DNA of 64,000 nt, taken from NCBI GenBank assembly GCA_964057225.1, contig OZ059894.1:20274001-20338000 (forward strand), read 5' to 3'. The notes below the pieces were generated by a model. That model did not search any database. It was not told where the DNA came from and saw nothing but the letters and a program-made list of their open reading frames with translations. The stretch's first letter is position 1. Each line of letters starts with the position of its first letter. This stretch comes from Auanema rhodensis (lineage: Eukaryota > Animalia > Nematoda). A program made the position numbers and the translations under genes. Positions 38,240-50,800 of the stretch are shown here, piece after piece.

Positions 38240-41200
38240 ACTTATATCAGTTGATATCTCGGTGCATTTTTAAGCTAGCGCAAATCTGATAACACAGATC
38301 GACGCAGCTTAAAAATCCGCATCGAATGCACTATACTACATTGAGAAACGCTTCATACAAAAATTAGTTATGATCGTTTGAAAAATGATGCATTAGTGTA
38401 TGTTGAGTTTCCATGTACACTCAACATTGCTTCCAAAAACATTTTGACAAAAATTTTTTCGAAAAATTTCAGAATAATTTAGCAAAAAGTAGATGTTTTT
38501 AGATTCCTTTTTTCAAGGCAAAGACGATGGACAATGTTATTCAACGAAAAAATTAATTCTTGAGGGTGAAAATCGAGGATATAAGTGTGAACTTATATCA
38601 GTTGATATCTCGGTGCATTTTTAAGCTAGCGCAAATCTGATAACACAGATCGACGCAGCTTAAAAATCCGCATCGAATGCACTATACTACATTGAGAAAC
38701 GCTTAATACAAAAATTAGTTATGATCGTTTGAAAAATGATGCATTAGTGTATGTTGAGTTTCCATGTACACTCAACATTGCTTCCAAAAACATTTTGACA
38801 AAAATTTTTTCGAAAAATTTTTAAAATAATTTAGCAAAAAGTAGATGTTTTTAGATTCCTTTTTTCAAGGCAAAGACGATGGACAATGTTATTCAACGAA
38901 AAAATTGATTCTTCAGGGTGAAAATCGAGGATATAAGTGTGAACTTATATCAGTTGATATCTCGATGCATTTTTAAGCTAGCGCAAATCTGATAACACAG
39001 ATCGACGCAGCTTAAAAATCCGCATCGAATGCACTATACTACATTGAGAAACGCTTGATACAAAAATTAGTTATGATCGTTTGGAAAATGATGCATTAGT
39101 GTATGTTGAGTTTCCATGTACACTCAACATTGCTTCCAAAAACATTTTGACAAAAATTTTTTCGAAAAATTTCAAAATAAATTAGCAAAAAGTAGATGTT
39201 TTTAGATTCCTTTTTTCAAGGCAAAGATGATGGACAATGTTATTCAACAAAAAAATTAATTCTTCAGAGTGAAAATCGAGGATATAAGTGTGAACTTACA
39301 TCAGTTGATATCTCGGTGCATTTTTAAGCTAGCGCAAATCTGATAACACAGATCGACGCAGCTTAAAAATCCGCATCGAATGCACTATACTACATTGAGA
39401 AACGCTTAATACAAAAATTAGTTATGATCGTTTGAAAAATGATGCATTAGTGTATGTTGAGTTTCCATGTACACTCAACATTGCTTCCAAAAACATTTTG
39501 ACAAAAAGTTTTTCGAAAAATTTCAGAATAATTTAGCAAAAAGTAGATGTTTTTAGATTCCTTTTTTCAAGGCAAAGACGATGGACAATGTTATTCAACG
39601 AAAAAATTAATTCTTCAGGGTGAAAATCGAGGATATAAGTGTGAACTTATATCAGTTGATATCTCGGTGCATTTTTAAGCTAGCGCAAATCTGATAACAC
39701 AGATCGACGCAGCTTAAAAATTCGCATCAAATGCACTATACTACATTGAGAAACGCTTAATACAAAAATTAGTTATAATCGTTTGAAAAATGATGCATTA
39801 GTGTATGTTGAGTTTCCATGTACACTCAACATTGCTTCCAAAAACATTTTGACAAAAATTTTTTCGAAAAATTTCAGAATAATTTAGCGAAAAGTAGCTG
39901 TTTTTAGATTCCTTTTTTCAAGGCAAAGACGATGGACAATGTTATTCAACGAAAAAATTAATTCTTCAGGGTGAAAATCGAGGATATAAGTGTGAACTTA
40001 TATCAGTTGCTATCTCGGTGCATTTTTAAGCTAGCGCAAATCTGATAACACAGATCGACGCAGCTTAAAAATCCGCATCGAATGCACTATACTACATTGA
40101 GAAACGCTTAATACAAAAATTAGTTATGATCGTTTGAAAAATGATGCATTAGTGTATGTTGAGTTTCCATGTACACTCAACATTGCTTCCAAAAACATTT
40201 TGACAAAAATTTTTTCGAAAAATTTCAAAATAAATTAGCAAAAAGTAGATGTTTTTAGATTCCTTTTTTCAAGGCAAAGACGATGGACAATGTTATTCAA
40301 CGAAAAAATTAATTCTTCAGGGTGAAAATCGAGGATATAAGTGTGAACTTATATCAGTTGCTATCTCGGTGCATTTTTAAGCTAGCGCAAATCTGATAAC
40401 ACAGATCGACGCAGCTTAAAAATCCGCATCGAATGCACTATACTACATTGAGAAACGCTTAATACAAAAATTAGTTATGATCGTTTGAAAAATGATGCAT
40501 TAGTGTATGTTGAGTTTCCATGTACACTCAACATTGCTTCCAAAAACATTTTGACAAAAATTTTTTCGAAAAATTTCAAAATAATTTAGCAAAAAGTAGA
40601 TGTTTTTAGATTCCTTTTTTCAAGGCAAAGACGATGGACAATGTTATTCAACGAAAAAATTAATTCTTCAGGGTGAAAATCGAGGATATAAGTGTGAACT
40701 TATATCAGTTGATATCTCGGTGCATTTTTAAGCTAGCGCAAATCTGATAACACAGATCGACGCAGCTTAAAAATCCGCATCGAATGCACTATACTACATT
40801 GAGAAACGCTTAATACAAAAATTAGTTATGATCGTTTGAAAAATGATGCATTAGTGTATGTTGAGTTTCCATGTACACTCAACATTGCTTCCAAAAACAT
40901 TTTGACAAAAATTTTTTCGAAAAATTTCAAAATAATTTAGCAAAAAGTAGATGTTTTTAGATTCCTTTTTTCAAGGAAAAGACGATGGACAATGTTATTC
41001 AACGAAAAAATTAATTCTCGAGGGTGAAAATCGAGGATATAAGTGTGAACTTATATCAGTTGATATCTCGGTGCATTTTTAAGCTAGCGCAAATCTGATA
41101 ACACAGATCGACGCAGCTTAAAAATCCGCATCGAATGCACTATACTACATTGAGAATCGCTTAATACAAAAATTAGTTATGATCGTTTGAAAAATGATGC

Positions 41201-43619
41201 ATTAGTGTATGTTGAGTTTCCATGTACACTCAACATTGCTTCCAAAAACATTTTGACAAAAATTTTTTCGAAAAATTTCAGAATAATTTAGCGAAAAGTA
41301 GCTGTTTTTAGATTCCTTTTTTCAAGGCAAAGACGATGGACAATGTTATTCAACGAAAAAATTAATTCTTCAGAGTGAAAATCGAGGATATAAGTGTGAA
41401 CTTATATCAGTTGATATCTCGGTGCATTTTTAAGCTAGCGCAAATCTGATAACACAGATCGACGCAGCTTAAAAATTCGCATCGAATGCATTATACTACA
41501 TTGAGAAACGCTTAATACAAAAATTAGTTATGATCGTTTGAAAAATGATGCATTAGTGTATGTTGAGTTTCCATGTACACTCAACATTGCTTCCAAAAAC
41601 ATTTTGACAAAAATTTTTTCGAAAAATTTCAGAATAATTTAGCGAAAAGTAGCTGTTTTTAGATTCCTTTTTTCGAGGCAAAGACGATGGACAATGTTAT
41701 TCAACGAAAAAATTAATTCTTCAGGGTGAAAATCGAGGATATAAGTGTGAACTTATATCAGTTGCTATCTCGGTGCATTTTTAAGCTAGCGCAAATCTGA
41801 TAACACAGATCGACGCAGCTTAAAAATCCGCATCGAATGCACTATACCACATTGAGAAACGCTTAATACAAAAATTAGTTATGATCGTTTGAAAAATGAT
41901 GCATTAGTGTATGTTGAGTTTCCATGTACACTCAACATTGCTTCCAAAAACATTTTGACAAAAATTTTTTCGAAAAATTTCGAAATAAATTAGCAAAAAG
42001 TAGATGTTTTTAGATTCCTTTTTTCAAGGCAAAGACGATGGACAATGTTATTCAACGAAAAAATTAATTCTTCAGGGTGAAAATCGAGGATATAAGTGTG
42101 AACTTATATCAGTTGATATCTCGGTGCATTTTTAAGCTAGCGCAAATCTGATAACACAGATCGACGCAGCTTAAAAATCCGCATCGAATGCACTATACTA
42201 CATTGAGAAACGCTTAATACAAAAATTAGTTATGATCGTTTGAAAAATGATGCATTAGTGTATGTTGAGTTTCCATGTACACTCAACATTGCTTCCAAAA
42301 ACATTTTGACAAAAATTTTTTCGAAAAATTTCAAAATAATTTAGCAAAAAGTAGATGTTTTTAGATTCCTTTTTTCAAGGCAAAGACGATGGACAATGTT
42401 ATTCAACGAAAAAATTAATTCTTCAGGGTGAAAATCGAGGATATAAGTGTGAACTTATATCAGTTGATATCTCGGTGCATTTTTAAGCTAGCGCAAATCT
42501 GATAACACAGATCGACGCAGCTTAAACATCCGCATCGAATGCACTATACTACATTGAGAAACGCTTAATACAAAAATTAGTTATGATCGTTTGAAAAATG
42601 ATGCATTAGTGTATGTTGAGTTTCCATGTACACTCAACATTGCTTCCAAAAACATTTTGACAAAAATTTTTTCGAAAAATTTCAAAATAATTTAGCAAAA
42701 AGTAGATGTTTTTAGATTCCTTTTTTCAAGGCAAAGACGATGGACAATGTTATTCAACGAAAAAATTAATTCTTGAGGGTGAAAATCGAGGATATAAGTG
42801 TGAACTTATATCAGTTGATATCTCGGTGCATTTTTAAGCTAGCGCAAATCTGATAACACAGATCGACGCAGCTTAAAAATCCGCATCGAATGCACTATAC
42901 TACATTGAGAATCGCTTAATACAAAAATTAGTTATGATCGTTTGAAAAATGATGCATTAGTGTATGTTGAGTTTCCATGTACACTCAACATTGCTTCCAA
43001 AAACATTTTGACAAAAATTTTTTCGAAAAATTTCAAAATAATTTAGCAAAAAGTAGATGTTTTTAGATTCCTTTTTTCAAGGCAAAGACGATGGACAATG
43101 TTATTCAACGAAAAAATTAATTCTTGAGGGTGAAAATCGAGGATATAAGTGTGAACTTATATCAGTTGATATCTCGGTGCATTTTTAAGCTAGCGCAAAT
43201 CTGATAACACAGATCGACGCAGCTTAAAAATCCGCATCGAATGCACTATACTACATTGAGAAACGCTTAATACAAAAATTAGTTATGATCGTTTGAAAAA
43301 TGATGCATTAGTGTATGTTGAGTTTCCATGTACACTCAACATTGCTTCCAAAAACATTTTGACAAAAATTTTTTCGAAAAATTTCAAAATAATTTAGCAA
43401 AAAGTAGATGTTTTTAGATTCCTTTTTTCAAGGCAAAGACGATGGACAATGTTATTCAACGAAAAAATTAATTCTTGAGGGTGAAAATCGAGGATATAAG
43501 TGTGAACTTATATCAGTTGATATCTCGGTGCATTTTTAAGCTAGCGCAAATCTGATAACACAGATCGACGCAGCTTAAAAATCCGCATCGAATGCACTAT
43601 ACTACATTGAGAAACGCTT

Positions 43620-46600
43620 CATACAAAAATTAGTTATGATCGTTTGAAAAATGATGCATTAGTGTATGTTGAGTTTCCATGTACACTCAACATTGCTTCC
43701 AAAAACATTTTGACAAAAATTTTTTCGAAAAATTTCAAAATAATTTAGCAAAAAGTAGATGTTTTTAGATTCCTTTTTTCAAGGCAAAGACGATGGACAA
43801 TGTTATTCAACGAAAAAATTAATTCTTGAGGGTGAAAATCGAGGATATAAGTGTGAACTTATATCAGTTGATATCTCGGTGCATTTTTAAGCTAGCGCAA
43901 ATCTGATAACACAGATCGACGCAGCTTAAAAATCCGCATCGAATGCACTATACTACATTGAGAAACGCTTAATACAAAAATTAGTTATGATCGTTTGAAA
44001 AATGATGCATTAGTGTATGTTGAGTTTCCATGTACACTCAACATTGCTTCCAAAAACATTTTGACAAAAATTTTTTCGAAAAATTTCAAAATAATTTAGC
44101 AAAAAGTAGATGTTTTTAGATTCCTTTTTTCAAGGCAAAGACGATGGACAATGTTATTCAACGAAAAAATTGATTCTTCAGGGTGAAAATCGAGGATATA
44201 AGTGTGAACTTATATCAGTTGATATCTCGATGCATTTTTAAGCTAGCGCAAATCTGATAACACAGATCGACGCAGCTTAAAAATCCGCATCGAATGCACT
44301 ATACTACATTGAGAAACGCTTGATACAAAAATTAGTTATGATCGTTTGGAAAATGATGCATTAGTGTATGTTGAGTTTCCATGTACACTCAACATTGCTT
44401 CCAAAAACATTTTGACAAAAATTTTTTCGAAAAATTTCAAAATAAATTAGCAAAAAGTAGATGTTTTTAGATTCCTTTTTTCAAGGCAAAGATGATGGAC
44501 AATGTTATTCAACAAAAAAATTAATTCTTCAGAGTGAAAATCGAGGATATAAGTGTGAACTTACATCAGTTGATATCTCGGTGCATTTTTAAGCTAGCGC
44601 AAATCTGATAACACAGATCGACGCAGCTTAAAAATCCGCATCGAATGCACTATACTACATTGAGAAACGCTTAATACAAAAATTAGTTATGATCGTTTGA
44701 AAAATGATGCATTAGTGTATGTTGAGTTTCCATGTACACTCAACATTGCTTCCAAAAACATTTTGACAAAAAGTTTTTCGAAAAATTTCAGAATAATTTA
44801 GCAAAAAGTAGATGTTTTTAGATTCCTTTTTTCAAGGCAAAGACGATGGACAATGTTATTCAACGAAAAAATTAATTCTTCAGGGTGAAAATCGAGGATA
44901 TAAGTGTGAACTTATATCAGTTGATATCTCGGTGCATTTTTAAGCTAGCGCAAATCTGATAACACAGATCGACGCAGCTTAAAAATTCGCATCAAATGCA
45001 CTATACTACATTGAGAAACGCTTCATACAAAAATTAGTTATGATCGTTTGAAAAATGATGCATTAGTGTATGTTGAGTTTCCATGTACACTCAACATTGC
45101 TTCCAAAAACATTTTGACAAAAATTTTTTCGAAAAATTTCAAAATAATTTAGCAAAAAGTAGATGTTTTTAGATTCCTTTTTTCAAGGCAAAGACGATGG
45201 ACAATGTTATTCAACGAAAAAATTAATTCTTGAGGGTGAAAATCGAGGATATAAGTGTGAACTTATATCAGTTGATATCTCGGTGCATTTTTAAGCTAGC
45301 GCAAATCTGATAACACAGATCGACGCAGCTTAAAAATCCGCATCGAATGCACTATACTACATTGAGAAACGCTTAATACAAAAATTAGTTATGATCGTTT
45401 GAAAAATGATGCATTAGTGTATGTTGAGTTTCCATGTACACTCAACATTGCTTCCAAAAACATTTTGACAAAAATTTTTTCGAAAAATTTCAAAATAATT
45501 TAGCAAAAAGTAGATGTTTTTAGATTCCTTTTTTCAAGGCAAAGACGATGGACAATGTTATTCAACGAAAAAATTGATTCTTCAGGGTGAAAATCGAGGA
45601 TATAAGTGTGAACTTATATCAGTTGATATCTCGATGCATTTTTAAGCTAGCGCAAATCTGATAACACAGATCGACGCAGCTTAAAAATCCGCATCGAATG
45701 CACTATACTACATTGAGAAACGCTTGATACAAAAATTAGTTATGATCGTTTGGAAAATGATGCATTAGTGTATGTTGAGTTTCCATGTACACTCAACATT
45801 GCTTCCAAAAACATTTTGACAAAAATTTTTTCGAAAAATTTCAAAATAAATTAGCAAAAAGTAGATGTTTTTAGATTCCTTTTTTCAAGGCAAAGATGAT
45901 GGACAATGTTATTCAACAAAAAAATTAATTCTTCAGAGTGAAAATCGAGGATATAAGTGTGAACTTACATCAGTTGATATCTCGGTGCATTTTTAAGCTA
46001 GCGCAAATCTGATAACACAGATCGACGCAGCTTAAAAATCCGCATCGAATGCACTATACTACATTGAGAAACGCTTAATACAAAAATTAGTTATGATCGT
46101 TTGAAAAATGATGCATTAGTGTATGTTGAGTTTCCATGTACACTCAACATTGCTTCCAAAAACATTTTGACAAAAAGTTTTTCGAAAAATTTCAGAATAA
46201 TTTAGCAAAAAGTAGATGTTTTTAGATTCCTTTTTTCAAGGCAAAGACGATGGACAATGTTATTCAACGAAAAAATTAATTCTTCAGGGTGAAAATCGAG
46301 GATATAAGTGTGAACTTATATCAGTTGATATCTCGGTGCATTTTTAAGCTAGCGCAAATCTGATAACACAGATCGACGCAGCTTAAAAATTCGCATCAAA
46401 TGCACTATACTACATTGAGAAACGCTTCATACAAAAATTAGTTATGATCGTTTGAAAAATGATGCATTAGTGTATGTTGAGTTTCCATGTACACTCAACA
46501 TTGCTTCCAAAAACATTTTGACAAAAATTTTTTCGAAAAATTTCAAAATAATTTAGCAAAAAGTAGATGTTTTTAGATTCCTTTTTTCAAGGCAAAGACG

Positions 46601-47802
46601 ATGGACAATGTTATTCAACGAAAAAATTAATTCTTGAGGGTGAAAATCGAGGATATAAGTGTGAACTTATATCAGTTGATATCTCGGTGCATTTTTAAGC
46701 TAGCGCAAATCTGATAACACAGATCGACGCAGCTTAAAAATCCGCATCGAATGCACTATACTACATTGAGAAACGCTTAATACAAAAATTAGTTATGATC
46801 GTTTGAAAAATGATGCATTAGTGTATGTTGAGTTTCCATGTACACTCAACATTGCTTCCAAAAACATTTTGACAAAAATTTTTTCGAAAAATTTCAAAAT
46901 AATTTAGCAAAAAGTAGATGTTTTTAGATTCCTTTTTTCAAGGCAAAGACGATGGACAATGTTATTCAACGAAAAAATTGATTCTTCAGGGTGAAAATCG
47001 AGGATATAAGTGTGAACTTATATCAGTTGATATCTCGATGCATTTTTAAGCTAGCGCAAATCTGATAACACAGATCGACGCAGCTTAAAAATCCGCATCG
47101 AATGCACTATACTACATTGAGAAACGCTTGATACAAAAATTAGTTATGATCGTTTGGAAAATGATGCATTAGTGTATGTTGAGTTTCCATGTACACTCAA
47201 CATTGCTTCCAAAAACATTTTGACAAAAATTTTTTCGAAAAATTTCAAAATAAATTAGCAAAAAGTAGATGTTTTTAGATTCCTTTTTTCAAGGCAAAGA
47301 TGATGGACAATGTTATTCAACAAAAAAATTAATTCTTCAGAGTGAAAATCGAGGATATAAGTGTGAACTTACATCAGTTGATATCTCGGTGCATTTTTAA
47401 GCTAGCGCAAATCTGATAACACAGATCGACGCAGCTTAAAAATCCGCATCGAATGCACTATACTACATTGAGAAACGCTTAATACAAAAATTAGTTATGA
47501 TCGTTTGAAAAATGATGCATTAGTGTATGTTGAGTTTCCATGTACACTCAACATTGCTTCCAAAAACATTTTGACAAAAAGTTTTTCGAAAAATTTCAGA
47601 ATAATTTAGCAAAAAGTAGATGTTTTTAGATTCCTTTTTTCAAGGCAAAGACGATGGACAATGTTATTCAACGAAAAAATTAATTCTTCAGGGTGAAAAT
47701 CGAGGATATAAGTGTGAACTTATATCAGTTGATATCTCGGTGCATTTTTAAGCTAGCGCAAATCTGATAACACAGATCGACGCAGCTTAAAAATTCGCAT
47801 CA
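43620..47802. repeat. Higher-order repeat: 4-monomer unit (1404 bp) x3
   Basis: CTTCAT, AATTGATT, TCGATGC+CTTGAT+GATGAT+CAGAG, CTTACAT+AAAAGTTT and ATTCGCATCAA recur three times at a 1404 offset (for example m127, m131, m135). Confidence 0.88.
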
Positions 47803-50800
47803 AATGCACTATACTACATTGAGAAACGCTTAATACAAAAATTAGTTATAATCGTTTGAAAAATGATGCATTAGTGTATGTTGAGTTTCCATGTACACTC
47901 AACATTGCTTCCAAAAACATTTTGACAAAAATTTTTTCGAAAAATTTCAGAATAATTTAGCGAAAAGTAGCTGTTTTTAGATTCCTTTTTTCAAGGCAAA
48001 GACGATGGACAATGTTATTCAACGAAAAAATTAATTCTTCAGGGTGAAAATCGAGGATATAAGTGTGAACTTATATCAGTTGCTATCTCGGTGCATTTTT
48101 AAGCTAGCGCAAATCTGATAACACAGATCGACGCAGCTTAAAAATCCGCATCGAATGCACTATACTACATTGAGAAACGCTTAATACAAAAATTAGTTAT
48201 GATCGTTTGAAAAATGATGCATTAGTGTATGTTGAGTTTCCATGTACACTCAACATTGCTTCCAAAAACATTTTGACAAAAATTTTTTCGAAAAATTTCA
48301 AAATAATTTAGCAAAAAGTAGATGTTTTTAGATTCCTTTTTTCAAGGCAAAGACGATGGACAAGGTTATTCAACGAAAAAATTAATTCTTGAGGGTGAAA
48401 ATCGAGGATATAAGTGTGAACTTATATCAGTTGATATCTCGGTGCATTTTTAAGCTAGCGCAAATCTGATAACACAGATCGACGCAGCTTAAAAATCCGC
48501 ATCGAATGCACTATACTACATTGAGAATCGCTTAATACAAAAATTAGTTATGATCGTTTGAAAAATGATGCATTAGTGTATGTTGAGTTTCCATGTACAC
48601 TCAACATTGCTTCCAAAAACATTTTGACAAAAATTTTTTCGAAAAATTTCAAAATAATTTAGCAAAAAGTAGATGTTTTTAGATTCCTTTTTTCAAGGCA
48701 AAGACGATGGACAATGTTATTCAACGAAAAAATTAATTCTTGAGGGTGAAAATCGAGGATATAAGTGTGAACTTATATCAGTTGATATCTCGGTGCATTT
48801 TTAAGCTAGCGCAAATCTGATAACACAGATCGACGCAGCTTAAAAATCCGCATCGAATGCACTATACTACATTGAGAAACGCTTAATACAAAAATTAGTT
48901 ATGATCGTTTGAAAAATGATGCATTAGTGTATGTTGAGTTTCCATGTACACTCAACATTGCTTCCAAAAACATTTTGACAAAAATTTTTTCGAAAAATTT
49001 CAAAATAATTTAGCAAAAAGTAGATGTTTTTAGATTCCTTTTTTCAAGGCAAAGACGATGGACAATGTTATTCAACGAAAAAATTAATTCTTGAGGGTGA
49101 AAATCGAGGATATAAGTGTGAACTTATATCAGTTGATATCTCGGTGCATTTTTAAGCTAGCGCAAATCTGATAACACAGATCGACGCAGCTTAAAAATCC
49201 GCATCGAATGCACTATACTACATTGAGAAACGCTTCATACAAAAATTAGTTATGATCGTTTGAAAAATGATGCATTAGTGTATGTTGAGTTTCCATGTAC
49301 ACTCAACATTGCTTCCAAAAACATTTTGACAAAAATTTTTTCGAAAAATTTCAGAATAATTTAGCAAAAAGTAGATGTTTTTAGATTCCTTTTTTCAAGG
49401 CAAAGACGATGGACAATGTTATTCAACGAAAAAATTAATTCTTGAGGGTGAAAATCGAGGATATAAGTGTGAACTTATATCAGTTGATATCTCGGTGCAT
49501 TTTTAAGCTAGCGCAAATCTGATAACACAGATCGACGCAGCTTAAAAATCCGCATCGAATGCACTATACTACATTGAGAAACGCTTAATACAAAAATTAG
49601 TTATGATCGTTTGAAAAATGATGCATTAGTGTATGTTGAGTTTCCATGTACACTCAACATTGCTTCCAAAAACATTTTGACAAAAATTTTTTCGAAAAAT
49701 TTCAAAATAATTTAGCAAAAAGTAGATGTTTTTAGATTCCTTTTTTCAAGGCAAAGACGATGGACAATGTTATTCAACGAAAAAATTGATTCTTCAGGGT
49801 GAAAATCGAGGATATAAGTGTGAACTTATATCAGTTGATATCTCGGTGCATTTTTAAGCTAGCGCAAATCTGATAACACAGATCGACGCAGCTTAAAAAT
49901 TCGCATCAAATGCACTATACTACATTGAGAAACGCTTAATACAAAAATTAGTTATAATCGTTTGAAAAATGATGCATTAGTGTATGTTGAGTTTCCATGT
50001 ACACTCAACATTGCTTCCAAAAACATTTTGACAAAAATTTTTTCGAAAAATTTCAGAATAATTTAGCGAAAAGTAGCTGTTTTTAGATTCCTTTTTTCAA
50101 GGCAAAGACGATGGACAATGTTATTCAACGAAAAAATTAATTCTTCAGGGTGAAAATCGAGGATATAAGTGTGAACTTATATCAGTTGCTATCTCGGTGC
50201 ATTTTTAAGCTAGCGCAAATCTGATAACACAGATCGACGCAGCTTAAAAATCCGCATCGAATGCACTATACTACATTGAGAAACGCTTAATACAAAAATT
50301 AGTTATGATCGTTTGAAAAATGATGCATTAGTGTATGTTGAGTTTCCATGTACACTCAACATTGCTTCCAAAAACATTTTGACAAAAATTTTTTCGAAAA
50401 ATTTCAAAATAATTTAGCAAAAAGTAGATGTTTTTAGATTCCTTTTTTCAAGGCAAAGACGATGGACAATGTTATTCAACGAAAAAATTGATTCTTCAGG
50501 GTGAAAATCGAGGATATAAGTGTGAACTTATATCAGTTGATATCTCGGTGCATTTTTAAGCTAGCGCAAATCTGATAACACAGATCGACGCAGCTTAAAA
50601 ATTCGCATCAAATGCACTATACTACATTGAGAAACGCTTAATACAAAAATTAGTTATAATCGTTTGAAAAATGATGCATTAGTGTATGTTGAGTTTCCAT
50701 GTACACTCAACATTGCTTCCAAAAACATTTTGACAAAAATTTTTTCGAAAAATTTCAGAATAATTTAGCGAAAAGTAGCTGTTTTTAGATTCCTTTTTTC

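Noticed and set aside
38812-38830. +1 indel in m111 (C>TT, forming AAAAATTTTT)
   Set aside because: It is a single event in a homopolymer context and could be a sequencing or consensus error, so I used it only for phase bookkeeping.
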